Counted from the first letter of the stretch, positions 1 to 8,252 are shown. The stretch is DNA of 14,319 bases from a virus (IMGVR_UViG_3300028048_000960:1-14319); one strand, 5' to 3'. The notes: generated by a model from the sequence alone, not told the origin. Translations and numbers: made by a program.

Positions 1-74
1 CCCATATTATGTAAAATGAACAAACGAACGGCGACCTCGAACAAAGCGAACAAATGAACGATAAAACAAGGCAT

Positions 75-104
75 TTGACATAAAACACAAAATCAACATA
101 TTAT
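75..104 (+). promoter_or_regulatory. Candidate sigma70-type promoter (TTGACA at 75-80, 18-nt spacer, TATTAT at 99-104)
   Basis: Consensus-like -35 and -10 hexamers upstream of the rightward gene block; pattern only. Confidence 0.45.
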
Positions 105-158
105 GTCTTACGACAAATTGTATTATATGAATATTTTTAAAAATTTTTGTAAATACTA

Positions 159-187
159 TTGACAAATAATATAATTTGTATTAAATT
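159..187 (+). promoter_or_regulatory. Second candidate sigma70-type promoter (TTGACA at 159-164, 17-nt spacer, TAAATT at 182-187)
   Basis: Exact -35 hexamer with a 17-nt spacer and weak -10, just upstream of an AAAGGAG ribosome binding site and the ATG at 215. Confidence 0.4.
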
Positions 188-214
188 AAAATTGTCGAAA
201 GGAGTTGAAAACGA

Positions 215-373
215 ATGAAAAAAGTAATAATATTTATAACAATGTTTATAGCTTTCATTTTATTAATAGGAGAAAGTGAAACAATTACAATAGGAGTAAT
301 AGCAACAAAAATATTAAGTTTAACATATTTATGGATTGTTGCAAAAGCAAATAATTATTTTTATCAAGATTAG
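215..373 (+). CDS. Small hypothetical membrane protein (52 aa)
   Basis: Reads MKKVIIFITMFIAFILLIGESETITIGVIATKILSLTYLWIVAKANNYFYQD*. AAAGGAG lies upstream and the stop abuts the next gene's RBS. Absent from the supplied ORF track. Confidence 0.65.
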   Translation: MKKVIIFITMFIAFILLIGESETITIGVIATKILSLTYLWIVAKANNYFYQD

Positions 374-384
374 GAGGAATAGAA

Positions 385-750
385 ATGGAAATGAAAGAAA
401 AACAAAAATTCAATAGTTTATATGGTAAATATATAACTTTAGACCAAAAATTAAGAAAACAAGAAATAATAAAAGACAAATTATTAAAATTAGGATTTAA
501 TATCAATTCAGTTGGTTTTGATTATTGGATAAGAGCAATTGAAGTATATCAACCAAATGTTAAAATGGAAAGTGTTTATTTTACACTAGCACAATTTTTT
601 GGAAAAAAACCTTCAATAATAGAAAGAGGAATGCGAACAGCGTCAGAAACATCAAAAGAAAAAATAAAAGAATATTATAAATATGATGGAAAATTAAGTA
701 ATAAATCAATATTAATTTTAATAATAAAATTTAAGATGAAGGAGGAATAA
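385..750 (+). CDS. Hypothetical protein (121 aa)
   Basis: Intact ORF with upstream AGGAGG and tight packing with neighbouring genes. Confidence 0.7.
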   Translation: MEMKEKQKFNSLYGKYITLDQKLRKQEIIKDKLLKLGFNINSVGFDYWIRAIEVYQPNVKMESVYFTLAQFFGKKPSIIERGMRTASETSKEKIKEYYKYDGKLSNKSILILIIKFKMKEE

Positions 751-752
751 CA

Positions 753-1010
753 ATGGTTGAAGAAATAGAAGAAAAATTGAAAGAATATTATGAATTTTTG
801 ACAATAGAAGTTGAATATGCTAAAATTAAAACATATAAAATATTTATATCAATAACATTAACAGATTATCGCAACAGCGATGTAATAAAAGGAATAGAAT
901 TTTATTACAAATGGGAAGACCATTTGACATTTACGGCAAATATAGAACAAATGCGAAATAACATAGAAAAAGCCATAATTAAATTTTTTAGAAAGGAAGA
1001 TAAAAAATGA
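753..1010 (+). CDS. Hypothetical protein (85 aa)
   Basis: Intact ORF with upstream GGAGG; overlaps the next start by 4 nt. Confidence 0.65.
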   Translation: MVEEIEEKLKEYYEFLTIEVEYAKIKTYKIFISITLTDYRNSDVIKGIEFYYKWEDHLTFTANIEQMRNNIEKAIIKFFRKEDKK

Positions 1011-1765
1011 CAAAAAATGAATTTTTAGAAACTGTTTCAAAGTTAGTTGTTGAAGAAAACACCAAAAGGGGAAATCCTTTATTTTCATCGGTAGTAATAG
1101 CACAAGCAATTTGTGAAAGTGGTTGGGGTCAATCTCAAATAATGATGAAAGCAAACGCAATTTTTGGAATAAAAGCAACATCAACTTGGAAAGGTAAAGT
1201 ATATAATGCACAAACAAAAGAATGTTATAATGGCGTAAGTTATACAAATATAAACGCTTGTTTTAGAGCATACAACAGTTTACAAGAGTCAATTTCCGAT
1301 TATTTTGATTTAATAACAAAGGCGGAACGATACAGAAAAGCTTGCGTTGCAAATAGTCCGCTTGAATGTATAACAGCAATAAAAAACGGAGGATATGCAA
1401 CAAGTCCGACATATATCAACACAATTATGTCAATTATAAAATCAAACAATTTGACAAAATATGACAATGTTGAAAATGTGCAAAACTCTGTTGATAATTC
1501 AAGCAGATATATTGTAGGAAAAAATTATACATTAAAAGTTGATTTAAACGTAAGATATGGAGCGGGAACAAATAACGCAATTAAAAAATATAATGAATTA
1601 ACAGAAGATGGAAAAAAACACGCATATGTACAAACAAATGCAGTTTTAAAAAAAGGGACAATTGTAACTTGTTTAGATGTAATAAAAAATGAAAATGATA
1701 TATGGTTAAAAATTCCTAGCGGATATGTTGCGGGATATTATCAAGGAAAAGAATATATAAAATAG
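1007..1765 (+). CDS. Endolysin: N-acetylmuramoyl endo-beta-N-acetylglucosaminidase domain plus probable C-terminal SH3-like binding domain
   Basis: 252 aa. N-terminus 'NEFLETVSKLVVEENTKRGNPLFSSVVIAQAICESGWGQSQIMMKANAIFGIKA' is typical of glucosaminidase-type lysins; C-terminal half resembles a bacterial SH3 repeat. Confidence 0.88.
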   Translation: MTKNEFLETVSKLVVEENTKRGNPLFSSVVIAQAICESGWGQSQIMMKANAIFGIKATSTWKGKVYNAQTKECYNGVSYTNINACFRAYNSLQESISDYFDLITKAERYRKACVANSPLECITAIKNGGYATSPTYINTIMSIIKSNNLTKYDNVENVQNSVDNSSRYIVGKNYTLKVDLNVRYGAGTNNAIKKYNELTEDGKKHAYVQTNAVLKKGTIVTCLDVIKNENDIWLKIPSGYVAGYYQGKEYIK

Positions 1766-1777
1766 GAAGTGTAAAAA

Positions 1778-2413
1778 ATGGGATTAGAATTAAGAACTGG
1801 ATCTTTTGGTCAATATTATGGAAACACTTATAATTCATCAAATACATTAACACGAAGCCAAATGGAATTAAACGCAACATATATATGGAATTATTTACGA
1901 TTGCAAGGTTGGACAATGAACGCAGTCGCGGGAATGTTGCGGGAATATGCAAAGTGAAAGTGCGATAAATCCGCGGACGTTGGCAAAGTGATATTGTAAT
2001 GCCGTCCGACCCTACATATTCGGGGTATGGACTGGTACAATGGACGCCATACACAAAATATACGAATTGGATAGTAAATCAAGGATTTTCAGACCCATCA
2101 GAAATGGACGCAAATATATTTAGAATTTTGTATGAAGTAGCAAATAATTTGCAATGGATTGCCACATCTCGGATATAATTATTCTTTTGAAGATTTTACA
2201 CATTCAACGGACACACCTTATAATTTAGGTATGGCATTTTTAGCAAATTACGAAAGACCACTTGACCCGAACCAACCATCAAGAGGAACGCAAGCACAAG
2301 AATGGTATGAATTTTTAGGGGGCGTTATTCCGCCAACACCGTCAAGAACAAAAAAGAAAAAATATCCTTGGGCGGTTATGACAAACAAAATAAGACAAAA
2401 ACGACTAATTTAA
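1778..2413 (+). CDS. Tail-associated peptidoglycan lysozyme (phi29 gp13-like / phage_lysozyme2-like), interrupted by three +1 frameshifts at CGG codons (about 210 aa when joined)
   Basis: Skipping the C at 1940, 1974 and 2170 gives MGLELRTGSFGQYYGNTYNSSNTLTRSQMELNATYIWNYLRLQGWTMNAVAGML-GNMQSESAINP-GRWQSDIVMPSDPTYSGYGLVQWTPYTKYTNWIVNQGFSDPSEMDANIFRILYEVANNLQWIATS-GYNYSFEDFTHSTDTPYNLGMAFLANYERPLDPNQPSRGTQAQEWYEFLGG... ending at 2413. The GNMxSES.INPGRWQSD and GLVQW motifs match tail lysozymes. Upstream 'ATAGGAAG' is a likely RBS. Confidence 0.85.
1940..1943 (+). other. Frameshift site 1: TTG CGG GAA; C-skip gives TTG (C) GGG AAT
   Basis: Zero-frame stop TGA follows at 1955-1957; +1 reading gives GNMQSES. 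Confidence 0.85.
1974..1977 (+). other. Frameshift site 2: CCG CGG ACG; C-skip gives CCG (C) GGA CGT TGG
   Basis: Without a second shift, stop TGA is at 1989-1991; +1 reading gives NPGRWQSD. Confidence 0.85.
2170..2173 (+). other. Frameshift site 3: TCT CGG ATA TAA; C-skip gives TCT (C) GGA TAT AAT
   Basis: Without the shift, stop TAA is at 2176-2178; +1 reading gives TSGYNYSFEDF. Confidence 0.85.
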
Positions 2414-2429
2414 AAATTGGTCGTTTTTT
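2397..2429 (+). terminator. Intrinsic terminator after the tail lysozyme gene
   Basis: AAAAACGACTAATTT...AAATTGGTCGTTTTTT inverted repeat with one G.U pair and a T-tract; overlaps the stop codon. Confidence 0.65.
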
Positions 2430-2492
2430 CTTGACAAAAATTAAAATAAATGTTTATAATAAAATAGAATAAACAAAAGAGGGGGAATAAAA

Positions 2493-2729
2493 ATGGATAT
2501 TGCAACTCTTTTAGGAAGTTATGCGTTTCCGATTGTTGCTTGCATAGTAATGGCGATTTATGTAAAAGATATTACTAATAACAATAGAGAAGACACAAAA
2601 GCATTAAATGAACAACATACAAAGGAAATGAACGCATTTAAAGACGAAATCAAAGAGGCATTAAACAATAACACAATTGCACTTACAAAGTTATGTGAAA
2701 AGTTAGAACGAGAGGAGGAAAGAAAATGA
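2493..2729 (+). CDS. Holin-like protein (BhlA/UviB-type)
   Basis: 78 aa with one N-terminal hydrophobic segment (YAFPIVACIVMAIYV) followed by a charged coiled-coil tail; AGAGGGGG upstream. Confidence 0.65.
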   Translation: MDIATLLGSYAFPIVACIVMAIYVKDITNNNREDTKALNEQHTKEMNAFKDEIKEALNNNTIALTKLCEKLEREEERK

Positions 2730-3010
2730 AGTTAAGTAAAGAAGAATTAAAAAAGAAAATCACAGAAGTTGTCGAAGATGAAGACACACAAATTGCATTA
2801 TTAGAAGATATTGAAGACAGTTTCGTTGAGTCAGAAGACGGCGAAAAAGTAGAAAAACAAGCCTATGAAGATTTAAAAATTAAGTATGAAGATATTAAAA
2901 CAAAATACAAAGAAAGATTTTTAAAAGGCGAAGATGTCAAAGAAGATGAAGACAAAGAAGATGACGAAGAATTAAAAGAAGAAGAAGTCATCGACATAAA
3001 AGAAATATAA
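2726..3010 (+). CDS. Acidic, coiled-coil-like protein; possible scaffold/head morphogenesis protein
   Basis: 94 aa, very acidic, immediately upstream of the capsid gene, the position of the phi29 gp7 scaffold. Confidence 0.5.
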   Translation: MKLSKEELKKKITEVVEDEDTQIALLEDIEDSFVESEDGEKVEKQAYEDLKIKYEDIKTKYKERFLKGEDVKEDEDKEDDEELKEEEVIDIKEI

Positions 3011-3029
3011 TTAAAAGGAGGAAAAGAAA

Positions 3030-4407
3030 ATGCCTAGTAAAACAGCATTATCTGCTAAAACAAGTGCAGAATTATTAAGTTACATTATAAATGTAACACC
3101 AGAATTAAAAGAAAATATTGAGTTACCAGTTCAAGGCGAGTCAATTCAACCAATAGGAAAAATAATCATAAATAATCAGAGATATAGAAACGCTTTTATA
3201 AATACAGTAAATTTAATTGGATTAACTGTTATTAAAAGAAATGGCTGGGATAACCCATGGAATTTTACAAAAAGAGGAACTTTACGTTTTGGACAACAAA
3301 TAAGAGAATTAATAAACGATTTATGTAACGTTTATGATTATAACGAAAATTTTTCAGACAAAGAAAGATTTTTACAAACAGTCGTTCCAAATGTATTTAA
3401 CTACATTCACGAAATAAACTTTCAAAAATTCTATCAAACAACAACAAGTGACAGTCAACTTGCAATGGCTTTCGATAGTGAAGACAGTTTATTTGATTTT
3501 ATTGACAATGCAATTGCAATGTTATATGAGTCATTAAAATATGACACATATATTGTTGATAAATATATGTTATGTAGAAGAATATTAGACGGAACAATGA
3601 CATCAATTAAAATTGATGATTATGCAACATTGACACCACGTCAAAGAGTTAGTGCATTGAAATCAGTTTCAAATAAAATGACATTTAGAAGTCCAAACTA
3701 TAATCCAGCGGGCGTAAGACGTGCAACATCATTTGACGACCAAATAATGATAATAAACACAGATTTTGAGGCGGATTTTTCAACCGAAGTTCTTGCGACT
3801 TCTTATTTTAGAGATGAAGCAGATATGAAATCAAGACTTGTTTTAATTGACGGATTTAATACACACGATACAAATAGATTAACCGAATTATTAGGAAGTG
3901 CATTTGTAAACTTTACAAGTGCAGAATTAACACAGCTTGCAACAATTCCAGCAGTTTTAATTTCTCACGAATGGTTTATGGATTATGACTACGCATTAGA
4001 TTCAGAAAGCGGAGAAAAACAAACAGAATTTTTCAACCCAACAACGTTAGAAAATAATCATTTCTTACACGCGTGGCGAGTTTTTTCAACTTCCCCATTT
4101 GAAAACCGGAGCAGTATTTACAAGCGACACTCCTGCCGTATCAAGTGTCAGCGTAAGCCCAGCAACAGCAACAGTAAGCAAAGGACAAAGTTTACAATTA
4201 AGTGCAACAGTTGTAACAACTGGTTTTGCAAATAAATCAGTTGGTTGGGGAGTTGATGAAACATCAGAACAAGCAAGAGTTACAATAAGTCAAGACGGAA
4301 AATTATTTGTTCCATCTGATTTAACTGGAGTAACAACAATTACAGTAACAGCACAATCAATTTATGACAGTACAAAGACAGGAACAGCAACAATCACAGT
4401 TGCGTAA
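3030..4407 (+). CDS. Major capsid protein with C-terminal Ig-like (BIG2) domain, joined by a +1 frameshift at CGG 4107-4109 (458 aa when joined)
   Basis: ORF 3030..4235 is the phi29 gp8-like capsid core. Skipping C4107 joins it to the ORF track piece 4099..4407, giving ...LHAWRVFSTSPFEN-GAVFTSDTPAVSSVSVSPATATVSKGQSLQLSATV...ITVTAQSIYDSTKTGTATITVA*, a classic BIG2 domain. AAAAGGAGG upstream. Confidence 0.88.
4107..4110 (+). other. Frameshift site 4: AAC CGG AGC; C-skip gives AAC (C) GGA GCA
   Basis: Zero frame gives a 42-aa Lys/Arg/Cys-rich tail ending at 4235; +1 frame gives the Ig-like domain. Confidence 0.85.
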
Positions 4408-4417
4408 ACCTAAGTTT

Positions 4418-4446
4418 AAGGTGCAACATATTACGTTGCACCTTTT
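4418..4446 (+). terminator. Intrinsic terminator after the capsid gene
   Basis: AAGGTGCAAC / GTTGCACCTT perfect 10-bp stem, 7-nt loop, followed by TT and an A/T-rich tract. Confidence 0.75.
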
Positions 4447-4471
4447 ATTATAGAAGAAAGGAGAAAAGCAA

Positions 4472-5350
4472 ATGCAAAGAAAACTTATAAATAGTCAACG
4501 TTCAAATTTCAAAACATACGAAATGTATAAAAGACAATTATTGACACTTGCCGAAAATGTTTTTGAATTTAAAAATATGCCGTCTTTTATTGATACTGCA
4601 TATCTTAACAAACAATTATTGCGTAAGGGTGCAATTGCATTTTTTAAAGATGAAGTAATGGGATTGTTAGCTTTGCCTTTTACCAATGACGGTAATTTAG
4701 ACGTATATGGAAGACCAACAGCAATTCAAGTAATCGCTAGAAATGGTTACACTAGAACATTAAAGACGGGCGAGTTTATAATAATGTATGATAATAACGG
4801 TCGTTACCCTTTATGGCTTGATATTTTACAATATGCGGAACGTATGGCACAAGCAACAAGAACAATTGATATAAACATCGAACAACAGAAAACACCTCGA
4901 TTTTGGAAGACAAAAGCGGAAAAAGAAAAGTCAATTCGTGACATTGTAAACAATGTTGATGGATATGAAAATGTTGTATTAACTTATGAAGATATTGACC
5001 TTGATGACACGACCCTAGTATTAGAACCCGCACCATATGTTGCAGATAAAATCGGACTTGACAAAGATAAAATATACAACGAATTTTTACGTCTTATTGG
5101 TATTGCCAATTTATCATATCAGAAAAAAGAAAGAAATATAAAAGATGAAATTTCTGCAATGCAAGGCGGAACGGTGGCGAGTAGATATAGTCGTTTTGAA
5201 CCTAGACAAAAAGCAATTGAACTTATAAACGATAAATTCAAAACAAATATTGAAGTACAATATTATGACGGAATACCTACAACAGCAAAAGAACTTGAAG
5301 AATTCACAGACGATGAAAATTTTGAAGACGAGGGAGGCGACGAAATATGA
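4472..5350 (+). CDS. Upper collar / connector (portal-like) protein
   Basis: 292 aa; 'MPSFIDTAYLNKQLLRKGAIAFFKDEVMGLLALPF...VIARNGYTRTL' and gene order match phi29 gp10-like connectors. Confidence 0.8.
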   Translation: MQRKLINSQRSNFKTYEMYKRQLLTLAENVFEFKNMPSFIDTAYLNKQLLRKGAIAFFKDEVMGLLALPFTNDGNLDVYGRPTAIQVIARNGYTRTLKTGEFIIMYDNNGRYPLWLDILQYAERMAQATRTIDINIEQQKTPRFWKTKAEKEKSIRDIVNNVDGYENVVLTYEDIDLDDTTLVLEPAPYVADKIGLDKDKIYNEFLRLIGIANLSYQKKERNIKDEISAMQGGTVASRYSRFEPRQKAIELINDKFKTNIEVQYYDGIPTTAKELEEFTDDENFEDEGGDEI

Positions 5351-6174
5351 TTTTTCCATATATAGATAATAATTATTTTTTACCGTTTCCATTTATTCCT
5401 GCAAATTGTGAAAAGCCTCCAACAGTTTATACAATTTTAGAATCGATAGTAAATTATGGAAAAGACGAAAAAACAAAAATTAAAGATTTAGCAAAAGAAG
5501 GACGAACAACAATTTTTGATTTTGATTATCCATTGACAGATAAAATAAGTAAAGAAGATTTTGAATGTATGATTTTGAATCATTTTTTAATGCGTCGTAT
5601 TGGTTTTGAAACTGTAACAGCATTTCGAATTCAATTGAATGTCAAAATTAATGAAATAATGCCATTATACAATAAAATGTTTGACGCTATTTCAAATTGG
5701 AACATTTTAAACGACGGTGAAAAAATAATAAAAAATGGAACAGATAACAGAACAATTGACAATACAACTAAAACAGAAAATAAAACAACATCAGAAACAA
5801 ATACAACTAATACCCTTGAAAATAGTTCAATAACAGAAAGTTCTGATACAAGCGACAAACGTAACAGTGAATTACCACAAAGCCAATTAGAATTGCTACG
5901 AAATGGCAGTTATGTTTCAAATTATAATTACGACCAAAACAACGCAAATTCAAGTGATAATTCAGAATCAAATGGAACATCAAATTCACAAAATGAAACA
6001 AATAATAATATAGATGTTACAGGAAATACAAAGGATAAAAACACTTATAATGAAACAATTGAAAGAAGTCCAGCGGATAAAATTGCAATATATAAAGAAT
6101 TTCAAGAAAATTTAAAAAGTATTTATGGAATGATATTCAAAGACCTTGAATGTTTATTCTATCAATTAATATAG
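5347..6174 (+). CDS. Lower collar protein
   Basis: 275 aa, 4-nt overlap with the connector gene; 'FDFDYPLTDKISKEDFECMILNHFLMRRIGFET' fits gp11-like lower collar proteins. Confidence 0.75.
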   Translation: MIFPYIDNNYFLPFPFIPANCEKPPTVYTILESIVNYGKDEKTKIKDLAKEGRTTIFDFDYPLTDKISKEDFECMILNHFLMRRIGFETVTAFRIQLNVKINEIMPLYNKMFDAISNWNILNDGEKIIKNGTDNRTIDNTTKTENKTTSETNTTNTLENSSITESSDTSDKRNSELPQSQLELLRNGSYVSNYNYDQNNANSSDNSESNGTSNSQNETNNNIDVTGNTKDKNTYNETIERSPADKIAIYKEFQENLKSIYGMIFKDLECLFYQLI

Positions 6175-6185
6175 GAGGTTAGAAA

Positions 6186-8204
6186 ATGAATAAATTTAAT
6201 TATAAAAATTTAAGTCCTTTTAAATGGTTTGTATTACAAAATTTTCCTTTTATAGAGGCAGATTTTGACGCAATTACAAATTGGCAACTATTTTGTAAAC
6301 TAGGTGAAGAAATGAATAAAATAATTGAAAAAGTAAATCAAGCAGGTGTACAAACTGAAAATTTAACAAATGCTTTTATTGATTTACAAAATTATGTAAA
6401 CAATTATTTTGAAAATCTTGACATACAAGAAGAAGTAAATAATAAACTTGATGAAATGTCACAAAGTGGAGAATTGACCGAAATAATAGCACAATATTTA
6501 CAACTTGCTGGACTTTTATGTTTTAATACAGTTGCAGAATTAAAAAATGCAACAAATTTAATAAACGGAAGTTTTGTAAAAACAATGGGAGAAAATTCAT
6601 ACAACGATGGAAATGGATATTTTTACAAAATTAGAACTTTATTAAATACTGATACAATAGATGAAAAAAACATTATAGCATTAACAAATTTTAATACATT
6701 AATAGCAGAAAGATTAAGTAATAACACAATTGGAGATAAAACAAATCCTATTTTTTACGGTGCTGACCCAACTGGAATAAATGACAGTAGTATAGCAATT
6801 AATAAATGTATTCAAGCTAATTTAGGTAAATCAATTGTGTTTACACCGGGAAAATATAAAGTTGATAGTCCAATAAATACCCCATATTATGTTGATGAAC
6901 AAGTAAATATTAATTTTAATGGTTCAACTATATTTTCAAATAAAAATTTAGATTATGTTATAGGTATTGGAACTTATAATAAAGGAAGTGATATGCCAAA
7001 TAAAAATAATTATTCATCAAAATGTTGTTATTCTATAATAGAAAATTTTGTTATAGACGCTCCAAATTCACAAATTGGTATCTTAACAGAACAAAATTAT
7101 TGGTATCCTAGAATTATTAATGGTTCTATTTTTAATACTATAATAGGAATACAAGCAGGAAGACAAAAAAATGTTTTATGGTCAAGTGATTTATTTGTTG
7201 ATAATGTTTATATACAATGTAAAAGTTATAAAAATACTAACACTAGAGGTATTATAATAAATGGACACGATAACAAAATTGTAAATTGTCGTATATATAA
7301 CGCTTTTATTGGAATTGAAAATAACAAAGGTGGCAACTATTTTATAAATGACCAAATTTATTTATATGGACATTTAAACGAAAAAAATAGTGATGAATTT
7401 AAAAATATATATCCTCAAACAATTGCAGTACTAGAAAATGGAAGTGATAACAAATACGATAATTTTTATACAGACAGTTATTCAACACATTTCAAAATTA
7501 CAACTGGTGGTTATCAAGGTCAATTTACAAATTGCAGATGTTTTACAAATGTTAGTGGTTTTGATGATATTGCATTTGATAATTCAACGGGTACTATACA
7601 AGCAATAACTATTAATAATTGCACATTTAATTTAGGTCAAGCTGGAGAAAATGGTAACATAGGATTTAAAACAAATATAAATCAACGTTTGGATTTAATT
7701 TCACAATTATGTAATTTAAGAAATAATTTTTCATATTATATTGATAAAGATTTGCTATTAATAGATATGAATAGAAATTGGGCAAATCCTTACACAGGTT
7801 CAAGACAATTTTTAAGTGGTAAATATTATATTATTGGATATATTCCAGCTATTAAAGGACATAGTCATACAGTAGAAATTACGAACATTGGAACACCAAA
7901 CAAACATGAAGGTAGATTTTATGTAAATGGTGATTATCAATTATCGGAACTTAATAATCAAGGCGTTGCTGGTACGGCTTTCGGGTTAGGTGGTAAACTT
8001 GTTACATTAAGAGACGGTAAAAAATATATTGAGGTTAGTATTATGAGACAATATACAAACGCTGCAACATTAGGTATACAATATAAATTAGAATTAGATG
8101 GATACGGAGTTGGTTTTATTCCAGTATTAGCACGACATTTACTTCCAAATAATCCTGATCCGATTGAAACAACACCAGATATTACAACTACTTTCGGATC
8201 TTAA
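6186..8204 (+). CDS. Tail appendage / spike protein with pectate-lyase-like beta-helix region
   Basis: 672 aa. Structural N-terminus (NLSPFKWFVLQNFPFIEADFDAITNWQLFCKLGEEMNKI), then 'NPIFYGADPTGINDSSIAINKCIQA...GKSIVFTPGKYKVDSPI' typical of beta-helix tailspikes. Confidence 0.82.
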   Translation: MNKFNYKNLSPFKWFVLQNFPFIEADFDAITNWQLFCKLGEEMNKIIEKVNQAGVQTENLTNAFIDLQNYVNNYFENLDIQEEVNNKLDEMSQSGELTEIIAQYLQLAGLLCFNTVAELKNATNLINGSFVKTMGENSYNDGNGYFYKIRTLLNTDTIDEKNIIALTNFNTLIAERLSNNTIGDKTNPIFYGADPTGINDSSIAINKCIQANLGKSIVFTPGKYKVDSPINTPYYVDEQVNINFNGSTIFSNKNLDYVIGIGTYNKGSDMPNKNNYSSKCCYSIIENFVIDAPNSQIGILTEQNYWYPRIINGSIFNTIIGIQAGRQKNVLWSSDLFVDNVYIQCKSYKNTNTRGIIINGHDNKIVNCRIYNAFIGIENNKGGNYFINDQIYLYGHLNEKNSDEFKNIYPQTIAVLENGSDNKYDNFYTDSYSTHFKITTGGYQGQFTNCRCFTNVSGFDDIAFDNSTGTIQAITINNCTFNLGQAGENGNIGFKTNINQRLDLISQLCNLRNNFSYYIDKDLLLIDMNRNWANPYTGSRQFLSGKYYIIGYIPAIKGHSHTVEITNIGTPNKHEGRFYVNGDYQLSELNNQGVAGTAFGLGGKLVTLRDGKKYIEVSIMRQYTNAATLGIQYKLELDGYGVGFIPVLARHLLPNNPDPIETTPDITTTFGS

Positions 8205-8252
8205 AAATAAAAGACAATACAAACATTCGTTTGTATTGTCTTTTATTTTTAA
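8201..8252. terminator. Bidirectional terminator between convergent arms
   Basis: TTAAAAATAAAAGACAATACAAAC-ATTC-GTTTGTATTGTCTTTTATTTTTAA: about 24-bp perfect stem with a 4-nt loop, A/T flanks on both sides. Confidence 0.85.

Noticed and set aside
1955-1991. TGA read as Trp (code 4) to rescue the lysozyme gene
   Set aside because: Reading through TGA does not recover the lysozyme motifs, site 3 is followed by TAA, and genes such as the polymerase appear to end at TGA.
1778-2413. Lysozyme fragments as separate small genes or a decayed pseudogene
   Set aside because: The internal pieces lack convincing ribosome binding sites and start codons, the middle piece between sites 1 and 2 is only about 11 codons, and there are no other lesions.
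2159-2413. ORF track start at 2159 (MPHLGYNYSF...) as a real independent CDS
   Set aside because: It is the C-terminal part of the shifted lysozyme; the listed start is a non-ATG codon inside conserved sequence of the upstream frame.
1940-4110. Random sequencing or assembly indels as the explanation for the frame breaks
   Set aside because: Not fully excluded, but disfavoured: all four events have the same sign (+1) and the same base context (C before GGR), and all coincide with the only in-frame CGGs. They are not in long homopolymers, and the long A/T runs elsewhere in coding regions have no breaks. A systematic error at CGG should also hit the many out-of-frame CGGs. Raw reads are the decisive test.
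1940-4110. Simple three-base reassignment of CGG (e.g. to Trp or Gln)
   Set aside because: Any three-base reading leaves the frame unchanged, and stops arrive 2-4 codons later at sites 1-3; the conserved sequence is only recovered in the +1 frame.
4099-4407. Independent Ig-like domain protein starting at 4099
   Set aside because: The start is a TTG within the capsid frame with no nearby Shine-Dalgarno sequence, and the sequence joins naturally to the capsid protein through the CGG shift.
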